NCBI GenBank assembly: GCA_043228905.1
Contig: JBHGNT010000003.1
Coordinates: 12,276,001-12,340,000 of the forward strand
Length of the DNA stretch: 64,000 bases
From: Azolla caroliniana
Lineage: Eukaryota > Plantae > Polypodiophyta
Direction of reading: 5' to 3'
Every line of letters begins with the position of its first letter. Position 1 is the stretch's first letter. A program made the position numbers and the translations under genes. Below the pieces are notes generated by a model that was not told the DNA's origin, did not search any database, and was given only the letters and a program-made list of their open reading frames with translations. Shown here piece by piece: positions 47,805 through 61,016 of this stretch.

Positions 47805-50800
47805 GTGAGGTGCCATATCATCCGGCTATGCCACCTTATTTGGCCCAGGAACCGGCTTAGAGCCTTTGCGTTATTTGGTGCCGGTGCCTCGAGAATCGCC
47901 TTTACTTTATCCGGATCTACCGCGATTCCTTCCTTACTCACCACGTGCCCTAGTAAGTTGCCGCTTGCCACTCTGAAGATGCACTTGGCCGGGTTCAGAC
48001 TCAACCGGTACTCGCGACACTTCTCTCAGCACAGCCGGAGGTGATCGAGATGCTCTCCGTGCCGGCTGTAGACCGCGAAATCGTCAAGGAAGACCTGCAT
48101 AAAACCGGGGATATATTCCCCAAAAATTTCCATTATTATCCTTTGAAAGGTCGCTGGAGCCGTCTTTAGTCCGAACATCATCACGACCGCGACGAACACT
48201 CCCCATTCCGTAACGAACGTTGTCTTCTCCTGGTCGGCCGGGTTCATTCGTATTTGGTTGTAACCGCTAAATCCATCCAGGAAGCTGTAAACTTCGTGGC
48301 CGGCTACCGCATCTAGCACCCCGTCCATAAATGGTAGTGGAAACGCATCGGTCACCGTTGCGGCATTTAGTTTCCGGTAGTCCACGCATACCCGGATTTT
48401 GCCGTTCTTTTTCGGGACCACCACTATCGGACTCAGCCAGGTTGCCTGCTTAACCGGTCGGATAAATCTGACCCGGAGGAGCTTATCAATCTCCTCCTTC
48501 ACCTTCGCCGCATAATTCGGATTCATCCGGTACCTGCGTTGAGCGATCGGTTTCGCGTCTGTACTTAAGTGAATTTGGTGCTGATAGAGCTGGGGGTCCA
48601 ACCCTCGCATGTCTTCGTATGACCACGCGAACACATCCTTGAAGTCTGTTAATAATGATACCATTGCCTTCTTTTCTTCCTTTGGCAATTCCTTTGCGAC
48701 ATTTACCGGTCGGGGCTTGTCTGTTGCGCCGAGGTCCACCTCCTCTAGTTGGGATGCTTTTACGCTCTGGGATATCGTCATTTCCCTCTCTAGGGATTCC
48801 TGCGCTTGTCGCAGTTCCCGGATCGCCGCTTGGTCCGGTTCGTCCGGCGTCGTGATGTACGGTTCCACTGCCGCCGTGATATCCACAAATAGTGGGACGA
48901 TTCGTGGGTGTTCCTTGAGGTACCGATCGACTTCCTCGTCCGGTAATCCCTCCAACATGTTGATGCTTTCCGCATATAGTGGAGTTGCTTCCTTACTGGC
49001 GATCACCCATGGTTGCGTCGCTACTCATACCTTTGTTTTCCCTCGCCGGAATGTGATCATGTTCTTTTGCCAGTTCTGCTTGATATGCGCCATTTGCAAC
49101 CATGGTCGTCCTAGCAGTAGGGGGTACGTGCCTTGTACATTCAGCTGCAGCACCACGGCCGATATCTGGAATACGTGGCCTCCGATCGTTACTTCCAAAT
49201 CCCAGATAAGCCCGGTCGGTCGGATTGAGCTGGTATCCGCCATGCGTAACCAGAAGGGGCATGGTTCCCATTCCCGGATGCCTAGGTTGTCGCATGTCTG
49301 TCGGCTGATGACATTCACCCCGGAGCCTCCGTCAATAATCGTTCCAGCAATTTCCTTTCCTTTCACGATTGCCGTGATCGCCGGGCTACTTGTATCGACC
49401 ACAGCTGGTCCTTCCTCCGGGTTGGAGAAGAATGTCAGTGCTGGCGTCGGCTTCGGTTTGCCCACGGATGCCTGTAAGTCTGCCGTAAACCGTGGCACCA
49501 ACTATAGTAGCCGTGCTAACGGCAACACGATTTGACAGTCCTGGAGTGCTTGCCACGTCGGGTTTTCTCCTGGCTGTATGATTTCTTCGTCTTTTGGCAT
49601 ATTTTGGTCTCTTACTTCTGCCGCATTCTGTTCATTGGCCTCCTTGATCCATTCCGCCGCTTGTTTTCTGATTGCCTCCTGGGCTTCCCACTCGGCGGTC
49701 TTTCCCTTTGACCGGGTTGTGACCTGCTGTACTTCTGTTATTTCGGCTGTAACCATGTTGACTGCCGGCTGCTTGTCATTGGTTTTGCTTGGGCATTGGT
49801 TACTATAATGGCCCTCCTTACGGCAGTAATAACAATACACCTTGGTGACTGTTGCTCGTTTCTCCTTTGTCCCCGGTTTGGAGGGTGGGTATACTTCGGC
49901 GGTCGTCTTCGGTTTTTCGGTTATCCGGTACCAATACCGAGTTGTCATTCCTTGCTGCCTCCCGACGTTCCTCTCTTCGGAAAAATCCACGCTTCTGATT
50001 CCGTCGGAAATTTTGGTTCCCTTGTCGCCTTTCTTCTCTGCGTCGTTCGTATTCCGGGGATTCGTCTTGGTCATACCGGTCCCGGGGGTAGCAATCTCTG
50101 TGTTTCTCCTCTCGGTCATAGTTATCGCGTCTTCTATCAGCGTATCTGTTACCGCGTTCGCGTTGGTAGCGGTCGTCTCTCCGGAATCGATCCTCATCCG
50201 GGTTCTGATTGCGCGGTTCTGTGTCGAACCGGTGATGCCTGCCGATTTAACAGATTATATTCGCATCGGTCCATTGTATGGGCTCGAGAGTTGCAGATCA
50301 TACATTGTGTCCCGTTGAGTGGCCCGAATTTAGGCATGTTGTGCATTGTAAGGCCTGTCGGAACCTCAGGTCTTCCTCCTTCGGGAGTGCCCGGTGTAAC
50401 ATCCCCATCGACAAGAAGGAGCTAGTCTTGTCCATTTCTAGGACCCGATCAATAACTTGGTCCATTGTGCTGGTGCGGAAATCAAGGACTCCGCACATTG
50501 TTCGAAATGGCTCTTTCAGCGCGGCCAAAAAGACTGCTTTGGCTTCGTCTTCGGGTGGTGCTCTCGTCAGTTGGCTGTGCAGGGTCTGAAACCGAATGAT
50601 GAATTGTGGCACAGTCTCGTTCTCTTCCTGTCGGGTGGTGTAGAACTGCCCGACCAATTCCCTTTGCTCAACTTGTCTGTGAAAAAGCCTGAGGAATTTG
50701 GCCTTCAAGGCATCGAATGTGGCAAAGCTGCCCGGTAAGTGCTTTGCGTACCATCGGGCCGCCGGTCCTTCTAAGGTCATGCCGAATTCGGCGACTTTGG

Positions 50801-51605
50801 ATCATTCGGCTTCGGGCTCCGTTAGTCTTTGGGAGACATGGTTGGCTTCCCATGTTTGGAGGAATGCGTACACGTGTGCCTCCACGTCGGGCTCATCCTG
50901 GTACTTTGGGTATGGGTACGGCATCGTGTCGTCCAACTGACTCTCCTGCTTTCTCTGCTCTCTGTCCGCTGTTGGCGTCGGTGTGAGAACCTTTGGTTCC
51001 TCCGCGGTTGGTGCCGGTATCCGCTCCTTCAGTTCCTCCGCGGGTGTTGCCGGTGTCTGGTCCTTCGGTTCCTCCGCGGGTGTTGGCGGTATCCGCTCCT
51101 TCGGTTCCTTCGCGGGTGTTGTCGATATCCGCTCCTTCGGTTCCTTCGCGGGTGTTGTCGGTATCCGGTTAGCCTCCCTCGGCGATTGCCGGTCACCGAA
51201 CTCCAAGGTTATTTCTTCCTCTGGCTCCGGTGTTACTGAGTCTTCCCACTCCTCTTCCCCTAGGTCGTTTGGTGTGTCGTGGTTGCTTTTATACCGGGAC
51301 GCAACACTTCCGTCGCTTTCCGACTCCGCCTCAAGTGTTGCGAATGCTTCCGAGTCCCCGTCGCCACCGGCGAGCGTCTGTAGTATCGTTTTTGCCTCTT
51401 GCAGGCTTGTTATGCTACTGCCTTCGTCGGGGACTTGCAGAACCCGGAACTGCAGTGCTTCTTCTGCGACTCTCCGAAGAGTTCTGGAGAATGACCGATC
51501 TCGCCGGATCTTGTCGACGGCTTGCTGCAAGGCTTCCCGTCGTTGCTCTCGTTCGGTGTATCGTCTCCCTCGTTCGGTGATGTGGTCGTCGTTTGGTCTA
51601 GACAT
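47805..51605 (-). pseudogene. gag-pol: G2 gag, protease and RT (degraded)
   Basis: MPYPYPKY..EAHV, CYYCRKEGHYSNQC, IIDGGSGVN, FMQVFLDD; several stops and frameshifts. Confidence 0.92.
50985..51170 (-). repeat. ~5 copies of a 36-bp coding tandem repeat in the G2 gag leader
   Basis: IPTTPAKEPKER-like 12-aa units. Confidence 0.85.
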
Positions 51606-54600
51606 CCATCCCCCGGTTGTCCTCTGCACTTTGCAGGAATCGTGGTCGCCAAAATAGTGTTGTCTCCCTGGCCGGACTAGCCTCAACACAGGTGTCTATC
51701 CGACACTTCTCCAAAGGGGTGGTAAGGATTGGATGCTAGGTTACACGCGTAAGATGATTACTCTAAGCACAGACGGTAAAACAATACAAAGATAAAGATA
51801 AACACGCAATTAATTATATTTGTATTACTTCCGTAAAGCATTTACAAATCATCGGATCCTTTTATAGGCATCCGGCAAGGTTACAATCGGTGCGCTTAGG
51901 CAACCGGCATCCGAATCGGTCCGGATCCGGATCGGTACAACTGTACCGGATCCGTCCCTCCGAATAATAATTATACTATTATTTACTTCCTATTATCCGA
52001 TCCGACTCCGCCTTCCCACTTGTCCTTGCTCTTCTGACCGGTCAACAACATTCTTCACAAGGTGGATGGAACTTTGACTGTTGCAGTAGAGCCGGTATTC
52101 CTCCTTTCGGATCCCTAGCTCTCCGATGAAGTCCTTCATCTATATTACTTCCTTGCCGGTTTCCATAGCTGCCATGTACTCTGCTTCCATTGTTGACAGT
52201 GCAATGGACTTCTGCAACCTTAACTTCCATGATATGGCTTCCCCTGCATAAGTCATGACATATCCGAATGTAGACCGATTGGTATCCACATCAGTCGACA
52301 TATTCGAATCCGTAAATCCGTCAATTTGGGGTTTACCGGAGCCAAACCGGAGGCACATACTTGAGGTGCCTTTCAGATACCGGAGTATCCACTTGACCGC
52401 GTTCTAGTGCACTCTTCTCGGATTGCTCATGAATCGGCTAATTACTCCAACATATGTAATATCCAGCTGGGTGCAAACCATTGCATACATTAAGCTTTCG
52501 ATGGTAGAGGCATATGGTATCTTTGTCATATCCGACTTCTCTGCCTTTGACTTTGGGCTCTGCTTTCCGAACAACTTGCAATTTGCCAAAAGTGTCGATG
52601 CGACCGGTTTCGCCTTTGCCATGTTGAACCTTTGGAGTACCTTTGTCACATACTACTCCTGTGACAACCACAACAACTTCTTCGACCACTCCCGGATGAT
52701 GTCCATTCCCAATATCTGTCTTGCCAAACCCAAGTCTTTCATTGACAAGGTCTGGTTCAGAGCCCTCTTTAGCATCCGTATCTTGACTTGGTCTCGTCGG
52801 ACAATCAGCATATCATCCACATAAAGGAGTATTAGGAAATCACCTGCATCGAATTTCTTCACAAACACGCAATGATCAACTTGCATCTTGTGGTACCCTT
52901 GGTCGGTCATGAAGGAGTCGAACTTCCTATACCATTGCCGGGGGACTTGCTTCAATCCGTATAGGCTCTTCCTCAACCGGCACACCAAGTGCTCCTTCCC
53001 TTTCTTTACAAATCCTTCTGGTTGCTCTCTTCGAGGTCACCATGGAGGAATGTCGTCTTGACGTCTAGTTGCTTTACCTCGAGGTCCATGCTTGCCTCTA
53101 TGCACAACACCATCCGAATGGACGTCATCTTAACTACTGGGGAAAAAATCTCATCGAAGTCTGCTCCCTTCTTCTGTTGGAAACCCTTCACTACAATTCG
53201 GGCTTTGTATCTCGGTGGGTTTCCGGCATCTCCCGGTTTCAACTTGTACACCCACTTGTTCTGGAGTGCTCTTTTCCCTTTCGGCAACTCCGTCAGTTCA
53301 TATGTGTGGTTCTCATGCAGGGAATCCATCTCATCCTGCATGGCACTCAACCACTTGCGGCCGTGGGTGTCTCTCTTTGCTTGTTCGAAGCTTTCCGGCT
53401 CCCCCTCATCGATAAGAAACACATGCTCTACATCCCGAAATCTCTGGGCACTCTTCTCTCCCTGAGAGGGTATCTCCGACCTTGGTTTTCGGCAACCGGT
53501 TCCTCCGTTTGTTGCTCCTCTGAATCTGATTCGGGATCTTGTCCGGTTTCGGTGTCTTCTTCTTCTTCTTCGGTCAGTTCGATTTCTTGTCCGAATTCGG
53601 CCGGTTCTTCGAGACTTGTCATCCGGCTTTCGGCCGGATGGGTTCTCATCTCCTTGATCTGAGCTTTGCCTGTTGACCCGGAATTCATTATCTTTTTTTC
53701 CAACTTCCAGTCGACAATGGTCTTATCCTCCATGAAGATAATGTCCCGACAATGGAAAACCTTATTGTCGACCAAGTCCCACACTCGGTAGCCAAACTCA
53801 TCATCGCCATATCCAAGGAATATGCATGGCTGGGACTTTGGATCCAACTTTTTTCTCTTGTCCTTCGCAACATGCACATAAGCGAGACACCCGAACACCT
53901 TCCGATGCCGGTAAGATACATCTTTACCGGTCCATAATTTCTATGGTGAGTCTCCTTCCAAGGGTACTGAGGGTGATCTGTTTATCACATAGGTCACCTT
54001 CATCAGCGCCTCAGCCCAAAACGTCTTGGGTAGCTTTGCATGTGCCAGCATGCTCCGGACTCTCTCCATCACGGTCTGGTTCATCCGTTCGGCTAGCCCA
54101 TTCAATTCCGGTATCTTCAGCACGATGAAGTCGAGCCGGATTCCCTTCGACTAGCAATACTCCTCGAACTGCCCCCCAGTATTCTCCTCCATTATCTGCT
54201 TGAATCGCCTTGAGCTTCCGGTCGGTTTCTCTTTCCACTCTCACGTGGAGTTCCTTGAAGACAAATAACACTTGATCCTTTATCTTCAACAGTGAGACCC
54301 ACAACTTCCAGCTATAGTCATCTATGAACGTCACGAAGTACTGCGATCCGGCATGTGAATTCGTGTCCACTTGACAAACATCGATATGCACTAGCTCCAA
54401 CGATTCATTCCATCTGAAGGAGGTTCGGTTTTGCTTGACGGCCAAGCAATCGGTGCACTTCTGAAGTTGCACGTCCTTCACCAGAATGAGATTGTCTTCA
54501 GGAAGTCTCCTCATCCCCTTCTGGCTCATATGACACAATTTCTTGTGCCACAGCTCACCAACAGTGTCAGATGCTACGTTCACCTCTTCCCAGCATGTCC

Positions 54601-56274
54601 GGGCATGCATCAGGTACATTGTGTTAATTTTCCGGGCTCGAGTGATGATCAAGCTTCCTTTGCTGAATTTCATGACTCCGTTCCGAATGCTACCCATGTA
54701 GCCTTCATAATTTAGCCGACTGATTGATATTAGGTTCAACCTAACCTCCAGAATGTGTCCGACTTCTTTCAGGAGCAACTTGCATATGGTTGATGTCTTC
54801 AACAACACATCTCCTATGCCGATGATTCGGCAGGTCCCTTCATTCCCCATCTGGACACAACTGTGATCTCTGACTGTGTAGGATGAGAAGCATTTCCGTT
54901 CCGGTGTCAGATGGAATGATGTTCCACAATGCAAGTCCCTCATCCGCGAGAGGTACTTTCAACGAGGTGGCTTGGTGTATTAGCCCTTGGAAGGCATTCA
55001 TGTACTCTGTTATACTGGAGCCGTCTTGGTACCAGAGCCTCACTAACTTCCGGAATACTGAAACCCAATTAACGGCATTTTTGTTCTGGAACATGATGTC
55101 GATCTTCTCCCAAAGTTCATGAGCCTTACTTTCTTCATTGAAGTTGTTGTACAGGCTCACATCGATGAAGCACCGGATGTATGCCATTGTCTTCATATGC
55201 ATCACCTCCCATGTCGTGGCATCGATCTTGTCCGGTTTCTTGTCCTCGACCTGTACCGACAACCAAAGATCTTTGACCATGAGCATGTCCCTCATCTTCG
55301 GCTTCCACACTGAGTAGCTGGAGCCGGTGAGCTTTAACATGCCGTCGAACGACTAATACCAGTTCCTGTGTTGTTCGCTCTGATACCAGTTTGTGCGGAA
55401 ATAACGCTCGGCCACAACTGAGACTTCAACAAGGAATAGAAGAGAACAAACTAAAACCGAGATGACACAAAATGTTTAGGTGGAAAACCCTAAACGGGAA
55501 AAAACCACGGGAGCCCAGGACTCTAACTATCACTATAAGAGAGGAAATACATAGTGGAAATACAGAGGCAACGACCTCGTGCTTGCGATCTTCGCCAGAC
55601 GGCGGTTACAACAGAAATTGCCCGTAGCTACTCTCTCTCTCTCTCTCTCTCTCTACAACAATAATAACAACCACATTTTGTGATTGCCCTAAGTCATATT
55701 TATAATCATATGACTTTAGGGCTATTTACAAATATAGCCTCAGTGGGATTACTCTAACATATTTACAAATGTGTTCCATCCTCTGGTTGTCACCGGGTCC
55801 ATCCGATCCGGTTTCTAGATTCCATCCGGAACCCTTCCAAATCCGGTTCCTTCATCTGATTCTCCTCTGGTTCTCAACCGGATCCCATCCAGAGGGACCG
55901 AAATCCCAACAACTCCCCCATTTGCAGAAATCCAATTCTACATGTATACCATTGTCCTAATGGCTTCGGCCTAGTAGAATTTTGGGATATGCTTCTCCTC
56001 ATGCATTGCCCTGACTGCTTCTTCGATTGTCCGTCGTTCAGTTGCGGCATGCATCTTGTCAGAAAAGTACTCTTTCCCGCCATCGGACCTTAGGCACTTG
56101 ATCTTTTAGCATGTCTCCCGTTCGACAAGGCTTTTTTCTTCTCGATCTAGCACGCCCAAGTATGCAGAGTGTAGTCATCGATGAAGCTCACAAAGTGTTA
56201 GGAAACATGTCCCTCCGGATGGGAAGTGAGAAGAACAGTACTGATGAGCAAAATAGGCCGAGGCAGAAACCGGA

Positions 56275-56530
56275 TGTGGAAGACCCGGCTACGAAAGACC
56301 TGGTGAGAACCGGATGACAAGTACTCGGCAATGGAAGACCCGGTGAGAACCGGATGACCAGTACCCGGCAAGAGCCGGATGGTGAAGACCCGATGAGAAC
56401 CAGATGTGGTGTACCCGATTACGGACAGATGAGGAGTACCTGGCTACGGAGGACCCGCTGAGAACTGGATGAGGAGTACCCGGCAAAAGCCGGATGGTGA
56501 AGGCCCGGTGAGAAGTGCTCACCGGATGAA
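56275..56530 (+). repeat. CCGG-rich ~40-bp degenerate tandem repeats in copia E U3 (also ~61105-61360)
   Basis: Repeated GAAGACCCGGTGAGAACCGGATGA..GTACCCGGC. Confidence 0.85.
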
Positions 56531-57009
56531 GGGACATATTTGTAAATATGTTTCTGAGAACCCATCAGGGCTAGATTTGTAAATAGCCGAAAAGTCATAT
56601 TAGTATAAATATGACTTAGGGCAAACCCTTGTTATGAGTGGTTGTCATTCTTGGTGGCACAAGACTAGAGAGCGCGTAACAATGTCCAGAGAGAGAGAGA
56701 GAGGAAGAGGTCGTTGCCTCTGTTGTAACCGCTGCCTGTGGCGAAGATCGTGAGCACGAGGTCATTGCCTCCGTGAGCTCATTGTTGTAATCATTGTGAT
56801 ATAGTGATAGTTAGCAGTCAGTGGACTGTCGTGGTTTTTCCCTCTTAGGGTTTTCCACGTTAAACATCCTGTGTACTCTTCTCTCCTTTGTGTCGTGCGT
56901 TCATTATCCGTTTTCTATGTTTGATCTTAGACTCGGTTGTGGCTGAGCGTTGTTCATCGGGAGCGTGTAGTTCGTGTCAAAGTGGTATCAGAGCAAAACG
57001 ACACAGAAA

Positions 57010-60000
57010 ATGGACGATTCGTTGGGAGGCATGTTCAAGCTCACCGCCTCCAACTATTCGGTGTGGAAGTCAAAGATGAGGGACATGCTCGTGGTTAAAG
57101 ATCTTTGGTGGCCGATTCAGTTTGGGGACAAGAGACCGGACAAAATCGACGCCACGATATGGGAGGTGATGCACATGAAGACAATGACGTACATACGTTG
57201 CTTCATCGACATGAGCCTATACAACAACTTCAATGAAGAGAGCAAGGCTCATGAGCTCTGGGAGAAGATCGACATTATGTTTCAAAACAAAAATGCTGTT
57301 AATCAGGTTTCGGTATTCCGGAAGCTAGTAAGACTCCGGTACCAAGATGACTCTAGCATGGCAGAGCACATGAATGCCTTCCAGGGGCTGATCCACCAGG
57401 AAACATCATTGGAAGTACCTCTTGCCGATGAGGTACTAGCACTACTCCTGCTCGATTCCCTCCCAGATAGCTGGGAGACGTTGGTTGTCACTTTGGGCAA
57501 CGCCGGGCCAAAAGCGAAACGGTTATCCCTAGCAAGAGTGAAGTCGAGCTTGCTAGATGAGGAGGCATGTCGGAAAGATAAGGATACGAGATCCGACTCC
57601 AAAGCGCTCCTTACCTAATCGGAATGCGGAAGACAAAGGAACCGTAGTCCCCAGAACTGGGAAAAGTCGGGGACGCGGTCAAAGTCAGGGGGGAAGCCTA
57701 CTTGCTTCTATTGCGGCAAGCCGGGACACTTCCAGAAGAACTGTCGGCATTTGCGAAAAGACAAGGAAACCAACGGTACCGATTCTAAGCGGACACCGGA
57801 CCAGAATGGTAAAGACCGGAGGGGGCTGGACCAGAAGGGAACGACGGCAATCGCGGCAAGTGAAGAAGAGTTGATGCTCATCACCGAGGAGAGTGAGCTA
57901 AACATTGCCGACAACGAGATAACCTTGGTGGTCGACTCCGGAGCATCGTTCCACCTTACCCCGGACTGGAAATGCTTCTCATCCTACTCAGTCGGTGATC
58001 ATGGCTGTGTTCGGATGGGGAATGAAGGTACATGCCGAATCGTCGGCATAGGAGACGTGTGGTTGACAACAGCAACCGGATGCAAGCTACTACTGAAGCA
58101 TGTCCGACACGTTCCGGAGGTTCGTCTGAACCCGGTATCAGCCGGTTGGCTAGATGATGAAGGCTACAAGGGTAGCATCCGGAATGGTGTTATGAAGTTC
58201 AGCAAAGGGAGCCCGATTGTGGCTCGAGCTCGGAAGGTAAACACGTTATACTTGATGAATGCCCGGTTATGTCCGGAGGAGGTGAATGTGGCATCCGAAA
58301 CTGCCGGTGAGCTATGGCACAAAAGACTGTGTCACATGAGCGAGAAGGGGATGAAGAGGCTTGCAGACAACAACCTCATTCCAGTGAAGAATATGCACTT
58401 GGAGAAGTGCACTAATTGTCTGGCCGGTAAGCAAAACCGGACCTCCTTCCGACCAAGGCCACCGATGAGACATAATGCACCACTGGAGTTGGTGCTTACT
58501 GATGTGTGTCAAGTGGACACAAAGTCACATGCAGGATCACAATACTTCGTGACGTTCATAGATGACCACAACCGGAAGCTGTGGCCCACACCGTTGAAGA
58601 CGAAGGATCAGGTGCTATCCGTCTTCAAAGAGCTCCATGTGAGAGTGGAAAGAGAAACCGGCCGAAAGCTGAAGGCGGTTCGAGCAGATAACGGAGGTGA
58701 ATACCGGGGGCAGTTCGAGGAGTACTGCCAAAGACGCCGGAACTAAACGGGTTGGCTGAGAGGATGAACCGGACCATAATGGAGAGGGTCCGGAGTATGC
58801 TGGTGCATGCAAAACTACCCAAGAAGTTTTGGGCTGAGGCACTGTCGACGACGACATATGTGATAAACAGATCACCCTCAGTACCCTTGGACGGAGACAC
58901 GCCATAGAGAGTATGGACCGGTAACGAAGTATCCTACCGGCATCTGAAGGTATTCGGGTGTCTTGCGTATGTGCGTGTAGTTAAGGACCGGAGAGGAAAA
59001 CTAGATCCGAAGACCCGACCATGCATATTCCTCGGCTACGGCGACGATGAGTTCGGCTACCGAGTGTGGGACCTGGTCGACAAGAAGGTATTCCGGAGTC
59101 GAGATATTATCTTCATGGAGGACAAGACGCTCGTCGACTAGGTGTCAGGGAAGAAGATAATGAACTCCGAGTCGACCAGTAAGGATCGATTCTACGATGA
59201 GCAGACCCAACTGGCAAAAGACCGGTTAACACTCGAGGAAACAGCCGGTTACGGTGAGGATACCGAACCAGCAGAAGAAGAAGTAGAGGAAGCTAGAACT
59301 GGAACCAGCCAAGACCCCGAATCGGATTCGGATGAAGATCAAATAGAGGAGCCGGTTGCCAAAAGCCAAAGACGGAGATATCCTCTAAGAGAGAGAAGGG
59401 CCCCCCAGAGATTTCCGGATGCAGAGCATGTGCTGCTAACCGATGAGGGAGAGCCGGAAAGCTTCGAAGAAGCAAAGGATGACACCCACAACCGTAAATG
59501 GTTAAGTGTCATGCAAGATGAGATGGATTCCCTGCATGAGAACCATACATATGAACTGGTGAAGTTGCCGAAAGGAAAGCGGGCACTCCGAAACAAGTGG
59601 GTGTACAAGTTGAAACCGGGAGATGCCGGCAAACCCCCAAGATACAAAGCCAGGATCGTGGTGAAGGGGTTCCAGTAGAAGAAGGGCGTGGACTTCGACG
59701 AGATATTTGCCCCGGTAGTAAAGATGACCTCCATCCGTACGGTGCTGAGTATAGCGGCAAGCATGGAGCTCGAGGTAGAGCAGCTGGACGTGAAGACGTC
59801 ATTCCTTCAGGGCGACCTCGAAGAGGAGATCTACATGCAGCAACCGGAAGGATTCATGGAGAAAGGGAAGGAGCACCTTGTATGCCGGTTGAAGAAGAGC
59901 CTGTACGGACTGAAGCAGGATCCCCAACAATGGTACCGGAAGTTCGACTCCTTCATAACCGATCAAGGGTACCACAAGACGCAGGCCAATCACTACGTGT

Positions 60001-61016
60001 TTGTGAAGAAGATCGAAGGAGGCGACTTCCTAATACTCCTTCTGTACGTGGACGACATGTTGATCGTTGGACGAGACCAAGCCAAAATACGGATGCTGAA
60101 GAAGGCTCTCAACCAAACCTTCACGATGAAAGACTTGGGTCCGGCAAGACAGATGCTGTGAATGCATATCATCCGGAACCGGCCAACGAAGCAACTGTGG
60201 CTGTCACAGGAGAAATACATGACAAAGGTGCTTCAGCGGTTCAACATGTCAGATGCGAAACCCGTCGGATCGACACTTCCAGCAAACTACAGGTTATCTG
60301 GTAAGCAAAGCCCGAAGACGAAAGCAGAGAAGGCTGATATGATGAAGGTTCCATATGCCTCTGCCGTCGGGAGCTTGATGTACGCAATGGTGTGTACCCG
60401 ACCGGATATAGGATACGCAGTCGGAGTGGTGAGCTGGTTTATGAGCAATCCCGGCAAGGAGCACTGGAACGCGGTCAAATGGATACTCCAGTACTTGAAG
60501 GGCACCTCAAATATGTGTCTCCAATTTGGCTCTGGTAAACCTCAACTTGACAGTTTTACCGATTCGGACATGTCGGCTGATGTGGATACCAGCCGGTCTA
60601 CATCCGGGTATGTAATGACATATGCAAGGGGAGCTATTTCGTGGCAGTCGAGGTTGGAGAAGACGGTTGTGTTGTCAACCACAGAGGCGGAGTACATGGC
60701 GGTTGTGGAAGCCGGCAAGAAAATATTATGGATGAAGGACTTCATCGGAGAGCTCAGTATCCAGCAAGATGAATACCGGCTCTATTGCGATAGTGCCATC
60801 CACCTTGCTAAGAATGCGGCCTACCATTCCCGGACGAAACATATCCAGCGCAGGTATCACTGGATCCGGGAAAGAGTAGATGATCAGAAGTTCGCGCTAA
60901 CGAAGATCCACACGATCGAGAACGGGTCAGATATGCTGACCAAAGTACTGGTAGCCGACAAGCTGGATGCATGTCGGAAGCGGATCGGACTAGTAAGACA
61001 TCCCATGCCGGAGTGA
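57010..61016 (+). pseudogene. gag-pol: Copia E gag-pol with stops and a small integrase deletion (~58730)
   Basis: ORFs 56974-57618, 57751-58746, 59142-59678, 59688-60161 and 60162-61016 are colinear with copia F. Confidence 0.94.

Larger units (their letters stand above)
27285..52047 (-). mobile_element. G2, full-length accessory-ORF gypsy (second family), interrupted by G1b
   Basis: 390-bp LTRs 27285-27674 and 51658-52047 (2 differences); TSD GCATT/ACATT; PBS TGGCGACCAC 51642-51651. Confidence 0.94.
27165..55911 (-). mobile_element. Copia C, degraded, 3' LTR lost, interrupted by G2
   Basis: 5' LTR 55392-55911; PBS 55377-55388; gag-pol fragments 52053-55340; RH tail (RTKHIQRRYHWIRE) 27165-27284; internal gag-PR deletion at ~54935. 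Confidence 0.88.

Noticed and set aside
48609-49535. Long plus-strand ORFs opposite gag-pol (e.g. 308 aa here; also 50983-51657)
   Set aside because: Antisense shadows of GC-rich coding sequence, with no motifs and not conserved in G1.
55911-55925. ACTCCCCCA after the copia C LTR looks like a PPT of a tandem element sharing the LTR
   Set aside because: The sequence reads in frame as copia D integrase (..WISANGGV), so it is more likely target-site sequence.
56275-56530. CRISPR-like array
   Set aside because: Degenerate tandem units without unique spacers, duplicated in both LTRs, in a eukaryotic context with no cas genes.
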